A stretch of 64,000 bases of DNA from an uncultured Chloroflexia bacterium (GTDB taxonomy: Bacteria > Chloroflexota > Anaerolineae > JAAYZQ01): positions 1 through 64,000 of the forward strand of contig CAVOXA010000001.1 in the NCBI GenBank assembly GCA_963700285.1, read 5' to 3'. The notes under the pieces are model-generated. The model did no database searches, was not told where the DNA came from, and worked only from the letters and a program-made list of their open reading frames with translations. Positions 1 through 9,436 of this stretch are shown here, one piece after another. Each line of letters begins with the position of its first letter. Positions within the stretch are counted from its first letter, which is position 1. The position numbers were made by a program, and so were the translations under genes.

Positions 1-192
1 CATCTGGGCCAGCCGCCGCTGCCGGGTCTCGGGCCGTACCGCGCGCGTGATCCAGCCGATGTAGTCATTCTGCTGGTAGGGGGGGCGGCTGCAATAGGCG
101 GCCATCATGCCCTGATCCAGAAGGGCTTGCCGCACATCATCCGGCATATCGTAGCGAGGTCTCTTGAGGCCCGAGGCCTGTTTAGCGCTCAT
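1..192 (-). CDS. YdeI/OmpD-associated family protein (partial, runs off window start)
   Basis: Manual translation MSAKQASGLKRPRYDMPDDVRQALLDQGMMAAYCSRPPYQQNDYIGWITRAVRPETRQRRLAQM; PPYQQNDYIGWI..A.R.ETR..RL is typical of the family. Confidence 0.75.
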   Translation of the reverse strand, partial: MSAKQASGLKRPRYDMPDDVRQALLDQGMMAAYCSRPPYQQNDYIGWITRAVRPETRQRRLAQM

Positions 193-571
193 GCAAGGGT
201 GCCCCTTCGCTCGGATCCCTTGCAGCCCCCGTCGCAGGCACCGGCAGCCACTGCCAGCCCTTCTCCTCCTGTCTGACATGGCCCAGGCCGGGGAAGGGAA
301 AGTGGGCGCCAAAGATCAGGGCATCTTCCGAGGCAGCCTGGTCCAGAAGGCGCTTTTTGACGGCCAGGGCTTGATCGGGCACCGAGTCATAGGTTGAAGC
401 CCAGGCCGGCTGTGCCATAAAGAGAGGGTGAATCACGGCGTCGGCCAGGTGCAACAACTGTTGGCCCATGGACGAGATCTTGAGGACGGCGTGGTCGTGG
501 CGATGGCCAACGGCTGGCAAGATCTGCAATCCGGGCAGGAATTCCTGGCTGGCATCGACCAGTTCCCTCAT
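182..571 (-). pseudogene. C-terminal half of an MBL-fold metallo-hydrolase (N-terminal HxHxDH part missing)
   Basis: GHRHDH, LHLADAVIHP and GAHFPFPGLG motifs in only 129 aa; abuts the S8 stop codon. Confidence 0.6.
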
Positions 572-2541
572 GGACCCGCGGGGATGCCAAAGAGGATAAT
601 AATACTGTAACGGCCAGCGGCCAGGGCAAAGTTCTGGTTGGTAGCCTCTCTTGGCCTGACGACCACGCCCTCCGCCCGCTGCTCCTGATAGCCATCGGCC
701 CGGACGGTCACGCTGTAAACGCCAGCCGGCAGGGCCATGCTGTAGCCGCCTGTGGTGCCGCTTGTCGCTTCTGAGCCGGGACCTGGCAGGGAGCTTGGGC
801 TAGCGGTAACCTGTGCCCCAGCAATGGGCTCACCTGTACTAGTACGAGTGACAATGCCCTGCAGCGTACCGGTTGTGGCGCTCTCGACGGCAGCCAGGGC
901 ATCCAGGATGCCCCAGCCCCAAACGTTGTTGGGCGGTTCGGGGTCGCCACACTGGCCGTCAAGCCTGGGCTCGGCGCTGGCGGTCAGGGTCTGTTCGATG
1001 GCCTCCACCTGGCCGCGCAGGTCGGAGGCCGCCGACAGGAGCAGAGCCACGGCGCCGGTGACGTGGGGGGCGGCCATGCTGGTGCCCGAGTTGTAGCCAT
1101 AGCCGCCGCCGCGCGTGCTGGAACGGATGCTGACTCCCGGCGCGGCGATGTCGGGCTTGACGTAGGTCTTTCCGGCGTAGGAGACGGGCCCGCGGCTGGA
1201 AAAGCTGGCGATCTGGTTTGTGCTGTGGCTAAAGGCGCCGGTAGAAATGGCCCCCTGGTAGATGGCCGGTGGGCGGTCCACGCTGCCGCAGGCCGAGCCT
1301 GAATTGCCGGCCGAGACGACGACGGCGATGCCCGCCTGGCGCAGGGCGCTGACAGCGGCTTCCAGGGTACCGGCATCGCAACCCTCGCTGGGCGGGCAGC
1401 TCCAGGAGTTGTTGACGACGTCGGGGGCCAGGCTGGGGTTGCCCTGGGCCGGCGTGCCACCAACGGGGTAGGGGGCCAGGAAGAACTCGAAACACTCGAT
1501 GTAGGTGGCCGGAGTGCCGACGCCCTGGTCCATGTTGCGGCAGCCGATCCATTGGGCGCCGGGAGCCATGCCGATCTGATTTCGCCCGATGCTAGCGTCA
1601 TCGCTAGCATCGGCTCCATCGTCGCCGATGATGGTCCCCATGGTATGGGTGCCGTGGCCGTGGTCGTCGCAGGGCTGGGTCGAATCGGAGCCGCAGAGAC
1701 CGCCGCCGCTGTGGACCGCGTCGTGCCAGTTGTAGTCGTGGTCCGCCGCGGCGCCGTCCCAGCCCCGGTACTGGTTGACGAGGGCGGGATGGTCCCAGTC
1801 GTAGCCGGTGTCCTGGCCGGCCACGACGACGCCCTGGCCGGTATAGCCCAGGGCCCAGACGTCGTCGGCGTTGACGCGGACCAGGTTGGGCTCGATGCCT
1901 CCTGGGGCGGCAGCGGGCCCCGGGGGCAGGTCGGGGACGCCCTTCACCCGGGGGTTGGGCACGATGCGGTCGACCTCGGGTCTGGCGGCCAGGGACTGGA
2001 GCAGGTCGCTGTTGGCCCGGACCCTGATGGCGTTGACGATGTAGAAGCTCTGGTAGTCCAGGTCCCGGGCGTCGAGCATGGCGCGCAGGGCTTGCTGAGA
2101 TGTCCGGGCCACGGATCGGAGGGCCTGGTAGGCGTGGGCGGCGCGGGCCTCTCTTGTAGGCAGGGCGTTGGCGGCGCTGAGGTCAGCCTGGGCCCTGAGG
2201 ATGACCAGGACCTCAGCCTGGCCCTGGGCCTGGATGGTCTGCGCGACCAGGGGATGGACGGTGGCCTGCTGGAACAGCGGTTCAGCTGAGGCCGGGCCTG
2301 TGCCGCTGATGGTCAAGAGAGAGAGAAGCAGGAATAGGGCAGGCAGAAGGCGCAGCAGTGCGCTGGATGGCGGGGTACGTAGCAGGTGGGGGAAAAGCGC
2401 GCTGAAGCGCGCACTACGAACCGGACCAACTGGGGGTAGCACGAACGCGCCAAAGCACGGACGTTCTGGGGCACGATTTGGAACTGGACGACGTCTGCAT
2501 GGCAGTGCTGGCTTGGTGCCCATGGTTCGTCGCTCCGGCAT
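568..2541 (-). CDS. Secreted S8 (subtilisin/bacillopeptidase F-like) serine peptidase with C-terminal carboxypeptidase-regulatory-like domain; true start uncertain
   Basis: Triad motifs AGQDTG, HGHGTHTMG, GTSMAAP; hydrophobic signal-like segment; GTLQGIVT..PIAGAQV..GVYSVTVRADGY domain. Confidence 0.9.
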   Translation of the reverse strand: MPERRTMGTKPALPCRRRPVPNRAPERPCFGAFVLPPVGPVRSARFSALFPHLLRTPPSSALLRLLPALFLLLSLLTISGTGPASAEPLFQQATVHPLVAQTIQAQGQAEVLVILRAQADLSAANALPTREARAAHAYQALRSVARTSQQALRAMLDARDLDYQSFYIVNAIRVRANSDLLQSLAARPEVDRIVPNPRVKGVPDLPPGPAAAPGGIEPNLVRVNADDVWALGYTGQGVVVAGQDTGYDWDHPALVNQYRGWDGAAADHDYNWHDAVHSGGGLCGSDSTQPCDDHGHGTHTMGTIIGDDGADASDDASIGRNQIGMAPGAQWIGCRNMDQGVGTPATYIECFEFFLAPYPVGGTPAQGNPSLAPDVVNNSWSCPPSEGCDAGTLEAAVSALRQAGIAVVVSAGNSGSACGSVDRPPAIYQGAISTGAFSHSTNQIASFSSRGPVSYAGKTYVKPDIAAPGVSIRSSTRGGGYGYNSGTSMAAPHVTGAVALLLSAASDLRGQVEAIEQTLTASAEPRLDGQCGDPEPPNNVWGWGILDALAAVESATTGTLQGIVTRTSTGEPIAGAQVTASPSSLPGPGSEATSGTTGGYSMALPAGVYSVTVRADGYQEQRAEGVVVRPREATNQNFALAAGRYSIIILFGIPAGP

Positions 2542-2542
2542 C

Positions 2543-3745
2543 TTAGGGCTCCCAACCCTCCGTCAGGCCCAGCAACAGGCGCCGGAGGAAATCCAGGGAT
2601 GAGGCTGTGGTCCAGATGCGGGCGCGGCGGTCGCGCTCGCTGTAGCGCAGGCGGATGGCGTCGCTGCCGCTCTCGCTGGCCACGACGACCCAGGGCCCGT
2701 CTGGCTCGTCGCTGAGTACGGCCAGCCCGTGGGTTGCCCCCAGGCGCTGGCGCACAGTTTCGGCCAGGGCTACCGCGCCGGCCTTTCCGGCGGCGGAGCC
2801 GGCGGGCAGGTCGAGGAGCCGGGCCAACTGCCCGCCATCGTAGGCCACCAGGCCGCCGCAAAAGACGTCGGGCTCGCTGCTCAAGCGCTGGGTGATGTCG
2901 CCCAGGCTGTGGGTCTCGGCCACGGCCAGGGTGCAGCCGCGCTCGCGCAGCAGGCCGGCGACCACGGCCTCCAACGTCGCTTCGCCGGTGGCATAGATGG
3001 CCGCCCCAAGCCGCTCGCGGATCCTGGCTTCGAAATCGTCCAGCAGCGCCCCGGCCTCGGCTTCGGAGGAGGCTTTGGCCACGATGCGCACGTCGGTCTG
3101 GCCGCGATGGGCCGAGAGCCCCACCGTGGGATTGGTCGAGGTCTCTAGGTCGGCGATGGCCCGGTCGATGCGGCTCTCGCCCAGGGCCACGGTGCGCAGG
3201 ATGCGGGTGACCATGATGGATCGCGGGCCCAGTACCCCCAGCAGGTAGGGCACGACGGCATGCTCCATCAGGTAGCGCATCTCGTGGGGCACGCCGGGCA
3301 GGGTGATGATGGTACCGCGGTTATCTTCAACGATAAAGCCGGGGGCGGTGCCCACCGGGTTTTCGATGGGGATGCAGCCCTCGGGCAGGTAGGCCTGGCG
3401 CCGGTTGTTATCGGCCATGATGGTACCAAAGCGCCTGAAATGGCCCTGGATCTGCTTCAGCATCTCGTTGTCAAGGACCAGGGGCCGGTCGGTAGCCAGG
3501 GCCACGCCCTCGCGGGTCACGTCGTCCACGGTGGGACCCAGGCCGCCGGTGGTGATGATCAGGTCGGCGCGGTCCATGGCCAGCTTCAGGGCCTGGGCGA
3601 TGCGCACTTTGTTGTCGCCCACTGTGGTGCGGAAATAGATGTCGACGCCCAGGTTGCGCAACTGGCGGGCGAGAAAGGTGGCGTTGGTATCGTCGATCTG
3701 GCCGAGCAAGAGTTCAGTGCCGGTGGTCAGGATTTCCGCGCGCAT
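2543..3745 (-). CDS. cinA: CinA family competence/damage-inducible protein (MoCF-like domain plus PncC-like domain)
   Basis: MRAEILTTGTELLLGQIDDTNA, TGGLGPTVDDVT, NPVGTAPG, LPGVPHEM. Confidence 0.92.
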   Translation of the reverse strand: MRAEILTTGTELLLGQIDDTNATFLARQLRNLGVDIYFRTTVGDNKVRIAQALKLAMDRADLIITTGGLGPTVDDVTREGVALATDRPLVLDNEMLKQIQGHFRRFGTIMADNNRRQAYLPEGCIPIENPVGTAPGFIVEDNRGTIITLPGVPHEMRYLMEHAVVPYLLGVLGPRSIMVTRILRTVALGESRIDRAIADLETSTNPTVGLSAHRGQTDVRIVAKASSEAEAGALLDDFEARIRERLGAAIYATGEATLEAVVAGLLRERGCTLAVAETHSLGDITQRLSSEPDVFCGGLVAYDGGQLARLLDLPAGSAAGKAGAVALAETVRQRLGATHGLAVLSDEPDGPWVVVASESGSDAIRLRYSERDRRARIWTTASSLDFLRRLLLGLTEGWEP

Positions 3746-3987
3746 CGCGCCTCCTCAATGGGTGAATGCAAGCTATTGTACCATGGATAAGGGCAGGCGC
3801 CAACTCGACGGGGATGCGGTCAAAGAGAAAGAGAACGCGGATTGGCGGGATGGACGGATCTGGACATCAGGGCTTTAGAAAGAGCCCCGATGTCAGTTCC
3901 CAGCCCGAGGGTCAGATGTCTCGAATGTAGGCCTGCACCCGTCAGCGATGGGACTCCCCTGACAACGTACCATTGCACCTCAGGCGA

Positions 3988-4016
3988 TTGCCCTGATTTT
4001 CGTTGTAGCGTATAAT
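3988..4016 (+). promoter_or_regulatory. sigma70-type promoter for HAD gene
   Basis: TTGCCC-17 nt-TATAAT, 30 nt upstream of ATG 4046. Confidence 0.6.
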
Positions 4017-4045
4017 CGGGTCAACTGATGGGATGGGGAGGGGCT

Positions 4046-4705
4046 ATGGCCCGCGTCGCGGCGCTGTTTGACATGGACAAGACACTGCTGGATGCCAGTT
4101 CGGGCGTGCTTTACGGGCGCTATCTGTACCGTACCGGACAAATGGGCAGGCGGCAGATAGCGCAGGTGGCCTGGTGGGCAGCGATCAGCCGCCTGGGCAT
4201 GTTGGATGTGCAGAAGCTGGTGCCCCGGATGTTGGTCCAGGTGGCCGGCGAGGACGAGGCGGCGGTGCGGGAGATGAGCGACCGCTGGTTCGAGGAGGAC
4301 GTTGTGCCCCATATCACCCAGCGGGGACAAGAGCACGTGGCGGAGCACCGGGCCCAGGGGCACGTGGTGGCCATCGTCTCCGGGTCGACCCAGTACGCGG
4401 TGGGCCCGCTGTGCACCTATTTGGGCATCCCCGATCAGTACGTGTGTACCCATATCGAGAGCAACGGTGGACGGCTGACGGGCAGGGTTGTGCCGCCGGT
4501 GTGCTTTGGCAGTGGGAAGGTCGTCTGGGCCGAGCGATTTGCCGCCGAGTACGACGTGGATCTGGATGCCAGCTACTTTTATACCGACAGCATCAGCGAC
4601 TTGCCGCTCCTGGAGCGGGTGGGCCAGCCGGTGGCCGTCAATCCTGATGTGCGGCTGCGGCGCCTGGCGGGAAAGCGGGGCTGGCCGGTGGAGATGTTCT
4701 ACTAG
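4046..4705 (+). CDS. HAD-IB family hydrolase (SerB-like)
   Basis: FDMDKTL motif I, IVSGS motif II, YTDSISDLPLL..VNPD motif IV. Confidence 0.9.
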   Translation: MARVAALFDMDKTLLDASSGVLYGRYLYRTGQMGRRQIAQVAWWAAISRLGMLDVQKLVPRMLVQVAGEDEAAVREMSDRWFEEDVVPHITQRGQEHVAEHRAQGHVVAIVSGSTQYAVGPLCTYLGIPDQYVCTHIESNGGRLTGRVVPPVCFGSGKVVWAERFAAEYDVDLDASYFYTDSISDLPLLERVGQPVAVNPDVRLRRLAGKRGWPVEMFY

Positions 4706-4724
4706 CGGGAAACAGGGAGAGGGC

Positions 4725-5036
4725 ATGGGCAACGATCTGACGATTGAGAAGCACCAGGTGCGGATCACGGTGTTGAAGAAGCATTTCCACGGGGAGTTTG
4801 TGGCCAAGTATGCGGCGGATCCGGAGCGGTGGACAGAATGCAAGCATTTCGAGGTGGGCCAGCAGTTTGTCACCGCTCTGGATGCACCCTGGGAGATGCC
4901 GCCGGGCTTTTGCGGCTGGGCCTGGGCCGATATCCAAAAGCTGGTCTATGGTATGGCCAGAGGCGGCCAGGATGCCTTTGTGACCTGCTGTACCGATGGC
5001 TACCGGCCGGTGATCTTTGGTCTGGAGAAGATTTAG
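4725..5036 (+). CDS. TIGR04076 family protein
   Basis: RITVLKK..C.HFEVGQQF..MPPGFCGWAW.DI..CCTDGYRPVIFGLEKI; GGAGAGG RBS. Confidence 0.8.
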   Translation: MGNDLTIEKHQVRITVLKKHFHGEFVAKYAADPERWTECKHFEVGQQFVTALDAPWEMPPGFCGWAWADIQKLVYGMARGGQDAFVTCCTDGYRPVIFGLEKI

Positions 5037-5084
5037 GCTGAAACCGGCGGTGATTGACGGCGTCTACCCTTAAGCCGTGGTTCC

Positions 5085-5283
5085 GTCATTCTGAATGGAG
5101 CGCAGCGGAATGAAGCATGCCCTGAGGCACGAAGGGAATCTCGGTTAGGCACAGAAGAGATTCTTTGCTTCGCTACTAATGACACCAACCTTGTCACTGC
5201 GAGGCCCGCTGTCTGGGCCGAAGCAGTCTGCTCCTCGGTCGCAGGTGAGGATTGCTTCCTCGCTGCGCTCGTCGCAATGACAC
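5085..5283. repeat. Two adjacent REP-like palindromic elements (GTCATTCTGA..AATGAC and GTCACTGCGAG..GCAATGAC) between convergent genes
   Basis: Inverted termini visible; the first matches the reverse complement of 25806-25842. Confidence 0.75.
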
Positions 5284-5293
5284 AGTGGCGGCG

Positions 5294-5683
5294 TCATTCC
5301 GAGGCGACGACAAAGGCAATGGCGTGGTCGCGGCCGTGGGACAGGCTGATGGCCCAGGTTCGCAGGCCCTGTTCCTCGGCCAGGGCCTGGGCGCGACCTG
5401 AGAGCAAGAGGAGCGGCTTACCCAGGGGATCGGGCAGGACTTCTACCTCTTGAAAGCCGACGCCGTGGGAGCTGATGTGCTTCAAGCCAACCCCCAGGGC
5501 TTTGGAGACGGCCTCTTTGGCCGCAAAGCGGGCAGCCAATTCGGGCAGGCGCTGGCGGTAGCGCAAGATCTCCTGGGGCGTATAGACGCGGGCCAGGAAC
5601 CGCTCGCCGTGGCGTTCTACGGCCCGGCGGATGCGGTCCAGTTCGACCAGGTCAACGCCCGTGGACAGGGCTGGCATCGCCAC
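5294..5683 (-). CDS. acpS: Holo-[acyl-carrier-protein] synthase
   Basis: GVDLVELDRI, ARFAAKEAVSKALG, ISLSH. Confidence 0.93.
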   Translation of the reverse strand: MAMPALSTGVDLVELDRIRRAVERHGERFLARVYTPQEILRYRQRLPELAARFAAKEAVSKALGVGLKHISSHGVGFQEVEVLPDPLGKPLLLLSGRAQALAEEQGLRTWAISLSHGRDHAIAFVVASE

Positions 5684-6952
5684 TTAACCCTCGGGCCCGG
5701 CGACGGCCAGGGCATAGATGTCGGGGTCCAAGTACTTGAGGGCCATCTCCTGGACATCCTGCACGGTCACGGCGTTGACCAGCCCGGCGAAACGCTGCAA
5801 ATAGTCGTAGCCCAGGTCGTAGCGCTCAATGGCCAGCAGGGTGCCGCCGACGCCCTCGTTGGTCTCCAGCCTGAGGGGCATGGAACCGGTGAGATAGGCT
5901 TGGCTGTCGGCCAGTTCGTCCTCGGGGACCTTCTCGTCGCGCAGGCGGCGGATCTGGCGCAGGATGCCCTCGATGGCCCGCTCTACGTTAGCGGGATTGA
6001 CGCCAGCGATGGTTAGCCAGGGACCCGCACCCAAACCCGCTTCCAGGTGACTGTAGACATAATAGGCTAGACCCTGCTCGTCCCGAACGCTGTCGCCCAG
6101 GCGGCCCATCATGCCAAAGACGCCCAGCAGGGTGTTGGCCAGGTGAACCTTCATATAGTCGGGGTCCTTGCGAGCCAGACCAGGCCAGCCAAGCAGGATG
6201 TCCGACTGGGTCTTGCCAGGGATGGGTACCATCTGGCGCCGTGGTTCGGCCAAACTAACTCGGGGTGGGATGTCCAGGTTGGGTATCACACCGGGCGCCT
6301 GCCAGCCACCCAGCGCGGCCTGGACCTTGTCCGCGACCGCAGCGGCTGATACGGCGCCCACCACAGAGATGACCATGCCCTGGGGGGAATAGTGATCTTG
6401 GTAGTAGCTGACCAGATCGTCTCTACCAAAGCTGGAGACGGTTTCCTCGTAGCCCTGGAGACTGCGGCCGTAAGGGTGGTCGGGATAGAGCAGGGCGTCA
6501 AAGGTCAGGCGGGCCATGTGTCGCGTGTCGTCGGCGCGCCTCTGCAGGCTGGTGAGGATCTGGCCCCGAAGCTTTTCGCCCTCGTCCGCGGGAAACACCG
6601 GCTCTTGCAGGCTGTCGGCAAGGATATCGAGGAGCAGATCCAGGTCTTCGGCCAGGGCTTTGCCGCCAAAGCCAACGGTATGCATGCCACCGTGCAGGCC
6701 CAACTGGGCGCCCACTGACTCGAGTGCCTCGTTGATCTGGCCAAAGGTACGGTTTCGGGTGCCGCGCATCAGCATGCCGGCAGTAAAACTGGACAGGCCG
6801 TCCTTGCCCGGCGCCTCGCTCAGGGCGCCGGCCCACAGATAGCCGGCCAGGACCACCGAGGGGCTGGCATGGTTCTCATAGGCCAGGACGACGATGCCGT
6901 TGGGCAGTTCGACCCGGGTGACGGTCTTTGGGGATAAGGTTGATGAGGTCAT
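5684..6952 (-). CDS. M16 family peptidase, non-catalytic subunit
   Basis: M16 fold (GL..FTAGMLMRGT, RL..VRDEQGLAY) without HxxEH. Confidence 0.88.
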   Translation of the reverse strand: MTSSTLSPKTVTRVELPNGIVVLAYENHASPSVVLAGYLWAGALSEAPGKDGLSSFTAGMLMRGTRNRTFGQINEALESVGAQLGLHGGMHTVGFGGKALAEDLDLLLDILADSLQEPVFPADEGEKLRGQILTSLQRRADDTRHMARLTFDALLYPDHPYGRSLQGYEETVSSFGRDDLVSYYQDHYSPQGMVISVVGAVSAAAVADKVQAALGGWQAPGVIPNLDIPPRVSLAEPRRQMVPIPGKTQSDILLGWPGLARKDPDYMKVHLANTLLGVFGMMGRLGDSVRDEQGLAYYVYSHLEAGLGAGPWLTIAGVNPANVERAIEGILRQIRRLRDEKVPEDELADSQAYLTGSMPLRLETNEGVGGTLLAIERYDLGYDYLQRFAGLVNAVTVQDVQEMALKYLDPDIYALAVAGPEG

Positions 6953-6955
6953 GGG

Positions 6956-8284
6956 CTATGCCTCCTGGCCTGACAGAGATGCTTCCGCACCGGGTCCCTT
7001 GGCTTCGCTCGAGGGCAAGTCCTGCGGCAAATAGTGGCCCACGGTCCGGTTGCGCTGCGAGAGATAGGTCAGTGCCACCCGTTGGATGTCTTCCACGGTG
7101 ACGGCCGCCAGGCTGTCCACAAAAGACTCGAACCAGGCGATGTTGGCGACGATGGAGGACAAGCCAAGCCAGAAGCCCTGGTTGGTGACGCTTTCGCTGG
7201 AATAGGCGAACTGGGCCTTGGCCTGTTTGATGGCTGTCTCGAGCTCGCTGGCCAGAACCGGCTCCTGGATGACCCGCTCTATCTCGGCATCTAGGGCCGT
7301 CTCTATCTCATCCAGGCTGCGGCCCGCCCGCGCGGTGGCCGAAATCATATAGAGGAAGGGGTCGAGCATCGCCGACAGGGATCCGCCCACGCCTGCCGCC
7401 AGTTGGGTTTCGACCAGGGCCCTGTAGAGGCGGGAGCTGCGGTTGGGCGGCGATGGCGCAAAAAGGTTCATGCCACTGGCGCCGGTCAGGATGGCAGTCA
7501 GCACTGTCATGGGGAAGAAATCGGGATCGGTGGCCGCCGGCGCGTGGTAGACTGCCTGTAGGTAGGCCGTACTGTCCGGTCCCTCCAGAGTGACCCGGCG
7601 CTGGCCGCGTTGGGGTGGCTCGGGGCGGTTGATGGCGGGCGGCTCGGACCGGGCCGAAATTGGGCCGAACAGCTCCTCGATACGGGCCAGCATCTGCAGC
7701 GCGTCAAAATCACCCACGGCCACGGCGATGGCGTTGTTGGGGCCATAGTAGGTCTGGTAGTGGCGCCACAGGTCGGGGTGGCTGATGCTCTCCAGGTCGC
7801 ACATGTCCCCAATAGTCTCGTGGTGATAGGGATGCACGCGAAAAGCCGCGGCCACAACCTCCTCACTCAACTGAAAGGTTGGTTGGTTCTCGGCCCCCTG
7901 CCTTTCAGAGATGATGACCGTTCGTTCCAGAGAGACTTCGTCCGGATCAAAGAGGGCGTTCGCCATGCGGTCGGCCTCGATGCGCAGGGCCAGGTCGATG
8001 CGGTCTGAGGGCAGCGTCTCGAAAAACGTGGTAAAATCGAGCCAGGTCAGACCGTTCATCATGCCGCCATTGCGCGCGATCTGTTTGTCAATCTCGCCCT
8101 TGGGAAAGGCTTCCGAGCCTTTGAAGAGCATGTGCTCTGCCCAGTGGGCAATACCCGTGATGCCTGGTACCTCGTTCCGGCTGCCGACCCGGTACCAGAC
8201 CCAGAAGGTCGTCACGGGCGCGTGTCGGCTTTCCTTCAACAGCACGGTCAGTCCGTTGTCCAAAGTGTGTTTCTCGGTTCTCAT
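6956..8284 (-). CDS. M16 family zinc peptidase, catalytic subunit
   Basis: WYRVGSRNE..GIAHWAEHMLFKG (HxxEH), ERTVIISER. Confidence 0.92.
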   Translation of the reverse strand: MRTEKHTLDNGLTVLLKESRHAPVTTFWVWYRVGSRNEVPGITGIAHWAEHMLFKGSEAFPKGEIDKQIARNGGMMNGLTWLDFTTFFETLPSDRIDLALRIEADRMANALFDPDEVSLERTVIISERQGAENQPTFQLSEEVVAAAFRVHPYHHETIGDMCDLESISHPDLWRHYQTYYGPNNAIAVAVGDFDALQMLARIEELFGPISARSEPPAINRPEPPQRGQRRVTLEGPDSTAYLQAVYHAPAATDPDFFPMTVLTAILTGASGMNLFAPSPPNRSSRLYRALVETQLAAGVGGSLSAMLDPFLYMISATARAGRSLDEIETALDAEIERVIQEPVLASELETAIKQAKAQFAYSSESVTNQGFWLGLSSIVANIAWFESFVDSLAAVTVEDIQRVALTYLSQRNRTVGHYLPQDLPSSEAKGPGAEASLSGQEA

Positions 8285-8517
8285 GTTGCCTTTCTCGTTT
8301 CTCGTCTATGTTGCGCCAGGCTATGTTCCACGACCCGGTCCAGTGGAGGGAGGGTCATTCCTCACGCAAACAATCTATTGCTTTGGCCGGAAGCGCGATT
8401 CATTCACCGGGGGACCTGTCAGAGTCTCGATCACCCACCTTGGGCAAAGCGGCCCCACTATACCACAAAAGTAGAACTTTTCCAAATGGTCTGTCCAAAT
8501 GAGAAAGAGAAAAAGGC

Positions 8518-8546
8518 TTGACAATGGCCTGTCTTTGTGTTATGCT
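8518..8546 (+). promoter_or_regulatory. sigma70-type promoter
   Basis: TTGACA-17 nt-TATGCT upstream of ATG 8577. Confidence 0.65.
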
Positions 8547-8576
8547 GAGCCTCAGCCAATTACGTTGGGAGACAGT

Positions 8577-9419
8577 ATGCTACGCGAGCGCGTCACGGAA
8601 GATATGTTTGTGTTTATCAGCGATCTCTATGTGGAGGTCGCGGCGACGGTCATTATTACTCCCTTGGGTGCTGTGGTAATTGATACGTTGCCGTTTCCCA
8701 AAGAGACGCAGCAGGTCCGTGACTTTGCCCTGGGGCGCTGCCCGCAGGGGATCCGCTACGTCGTGAACACCCACCATCATGCCGATCACGTCTATGGCAG
8801 TTACCTGTTTCCCGAGGCCGAGTTGATTGCCCACAGGAACTGCCGCGAGATCTTGCTCGATGTGGGCCGGGAGAGCCTGGAGCAAGCCAAGGCCCAAACC
8901 CCTGCCCTGGCGCCGGTCCAGTTGCGGATCCCACAACTGGTCTTTGAGACCGAAATGTTGCTGCGCCTGGGCGAAAAGACGATCCATTTCATGCACGCCC
9001 CCGGCCACACCACCGATGGGATCATGGTTCACATCCGCGAAGACAAGGTCTTGATCGCCAGCGACGTGGTGACGCCGGTGCCTCTGATCACGCGCGGAGA
9101 TCCGGACGCATTGGCCCAATCGCTGAAGGGCATCAAAGGCCTGAACCTGGAAAATGTTGTTCAAGGCCATGGCGGTGTGCTTTTGCGGGGCGAGATCGAC
9201 GAGACTGTGGACAGCAACATCGGCTATCTCAAGGCCATCGATAGCAAGGTGCGGGCGGTAGTTGAAAAAGGCGAACCCCGTTCGTCCCTGGCCAAGATAG
9301 ACATTGAGACGTGCGGCAGGTCGCGCATCCCCCTTGGCGGCCTCGTGCAACGGTTGCACCAATCGAATATGGAATACCTCTACGACGGGATGATAGCCGA
9401 GCAGCAGAGTCGCAGGTAG
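8577..9419 (+). CDS. MBL-fold metallo-hydrolase (cyclase-like)
   Basis: NTHHHADHVYG, APGHTTD, ASD, QGHG. Confidence 0.88.
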   Translation: MLRERVTEDMFVFISDLYVEVAATVIITPLGAVVIDTLPFPKETQQVRDFALGRCPQGIRYVVNTHHHADHVYGSYLFPEAELIAHRNCREILLDVGRESLEQAKAQTPALAPVQLRIPQLVFETEMLLRLGEKTIHFMHAPGHTTDGIMVHIREDKVLIASDVVTPVPLITRGDPDALAQSLKGIKGLNLENVVQGHGGVLLRGEIDETVDSNIGYLKAIDSKVRAVVEKGEPRSSLAKIDIETCGRSRIPLGGLVQRLHQSNMEYLYDGMIAEQQSRR

Positions 9420-9436
9420 CGAGGACCGGGTCAGTG

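Noticed and set aside
2556-2580. Possible mini-repeat copy at the cinA 3' end (CCCTCCGTCAGGCCCAGCAACAGGC)
   Set aside because: Only loosely similar and fully explained by coding for RRLLLGLTEG
3790-3980. Possible riboswitch or ncRNA between cinA and the HAD gene
   Set aside because: No recognisable conserved motif; divergent promoters account for the region
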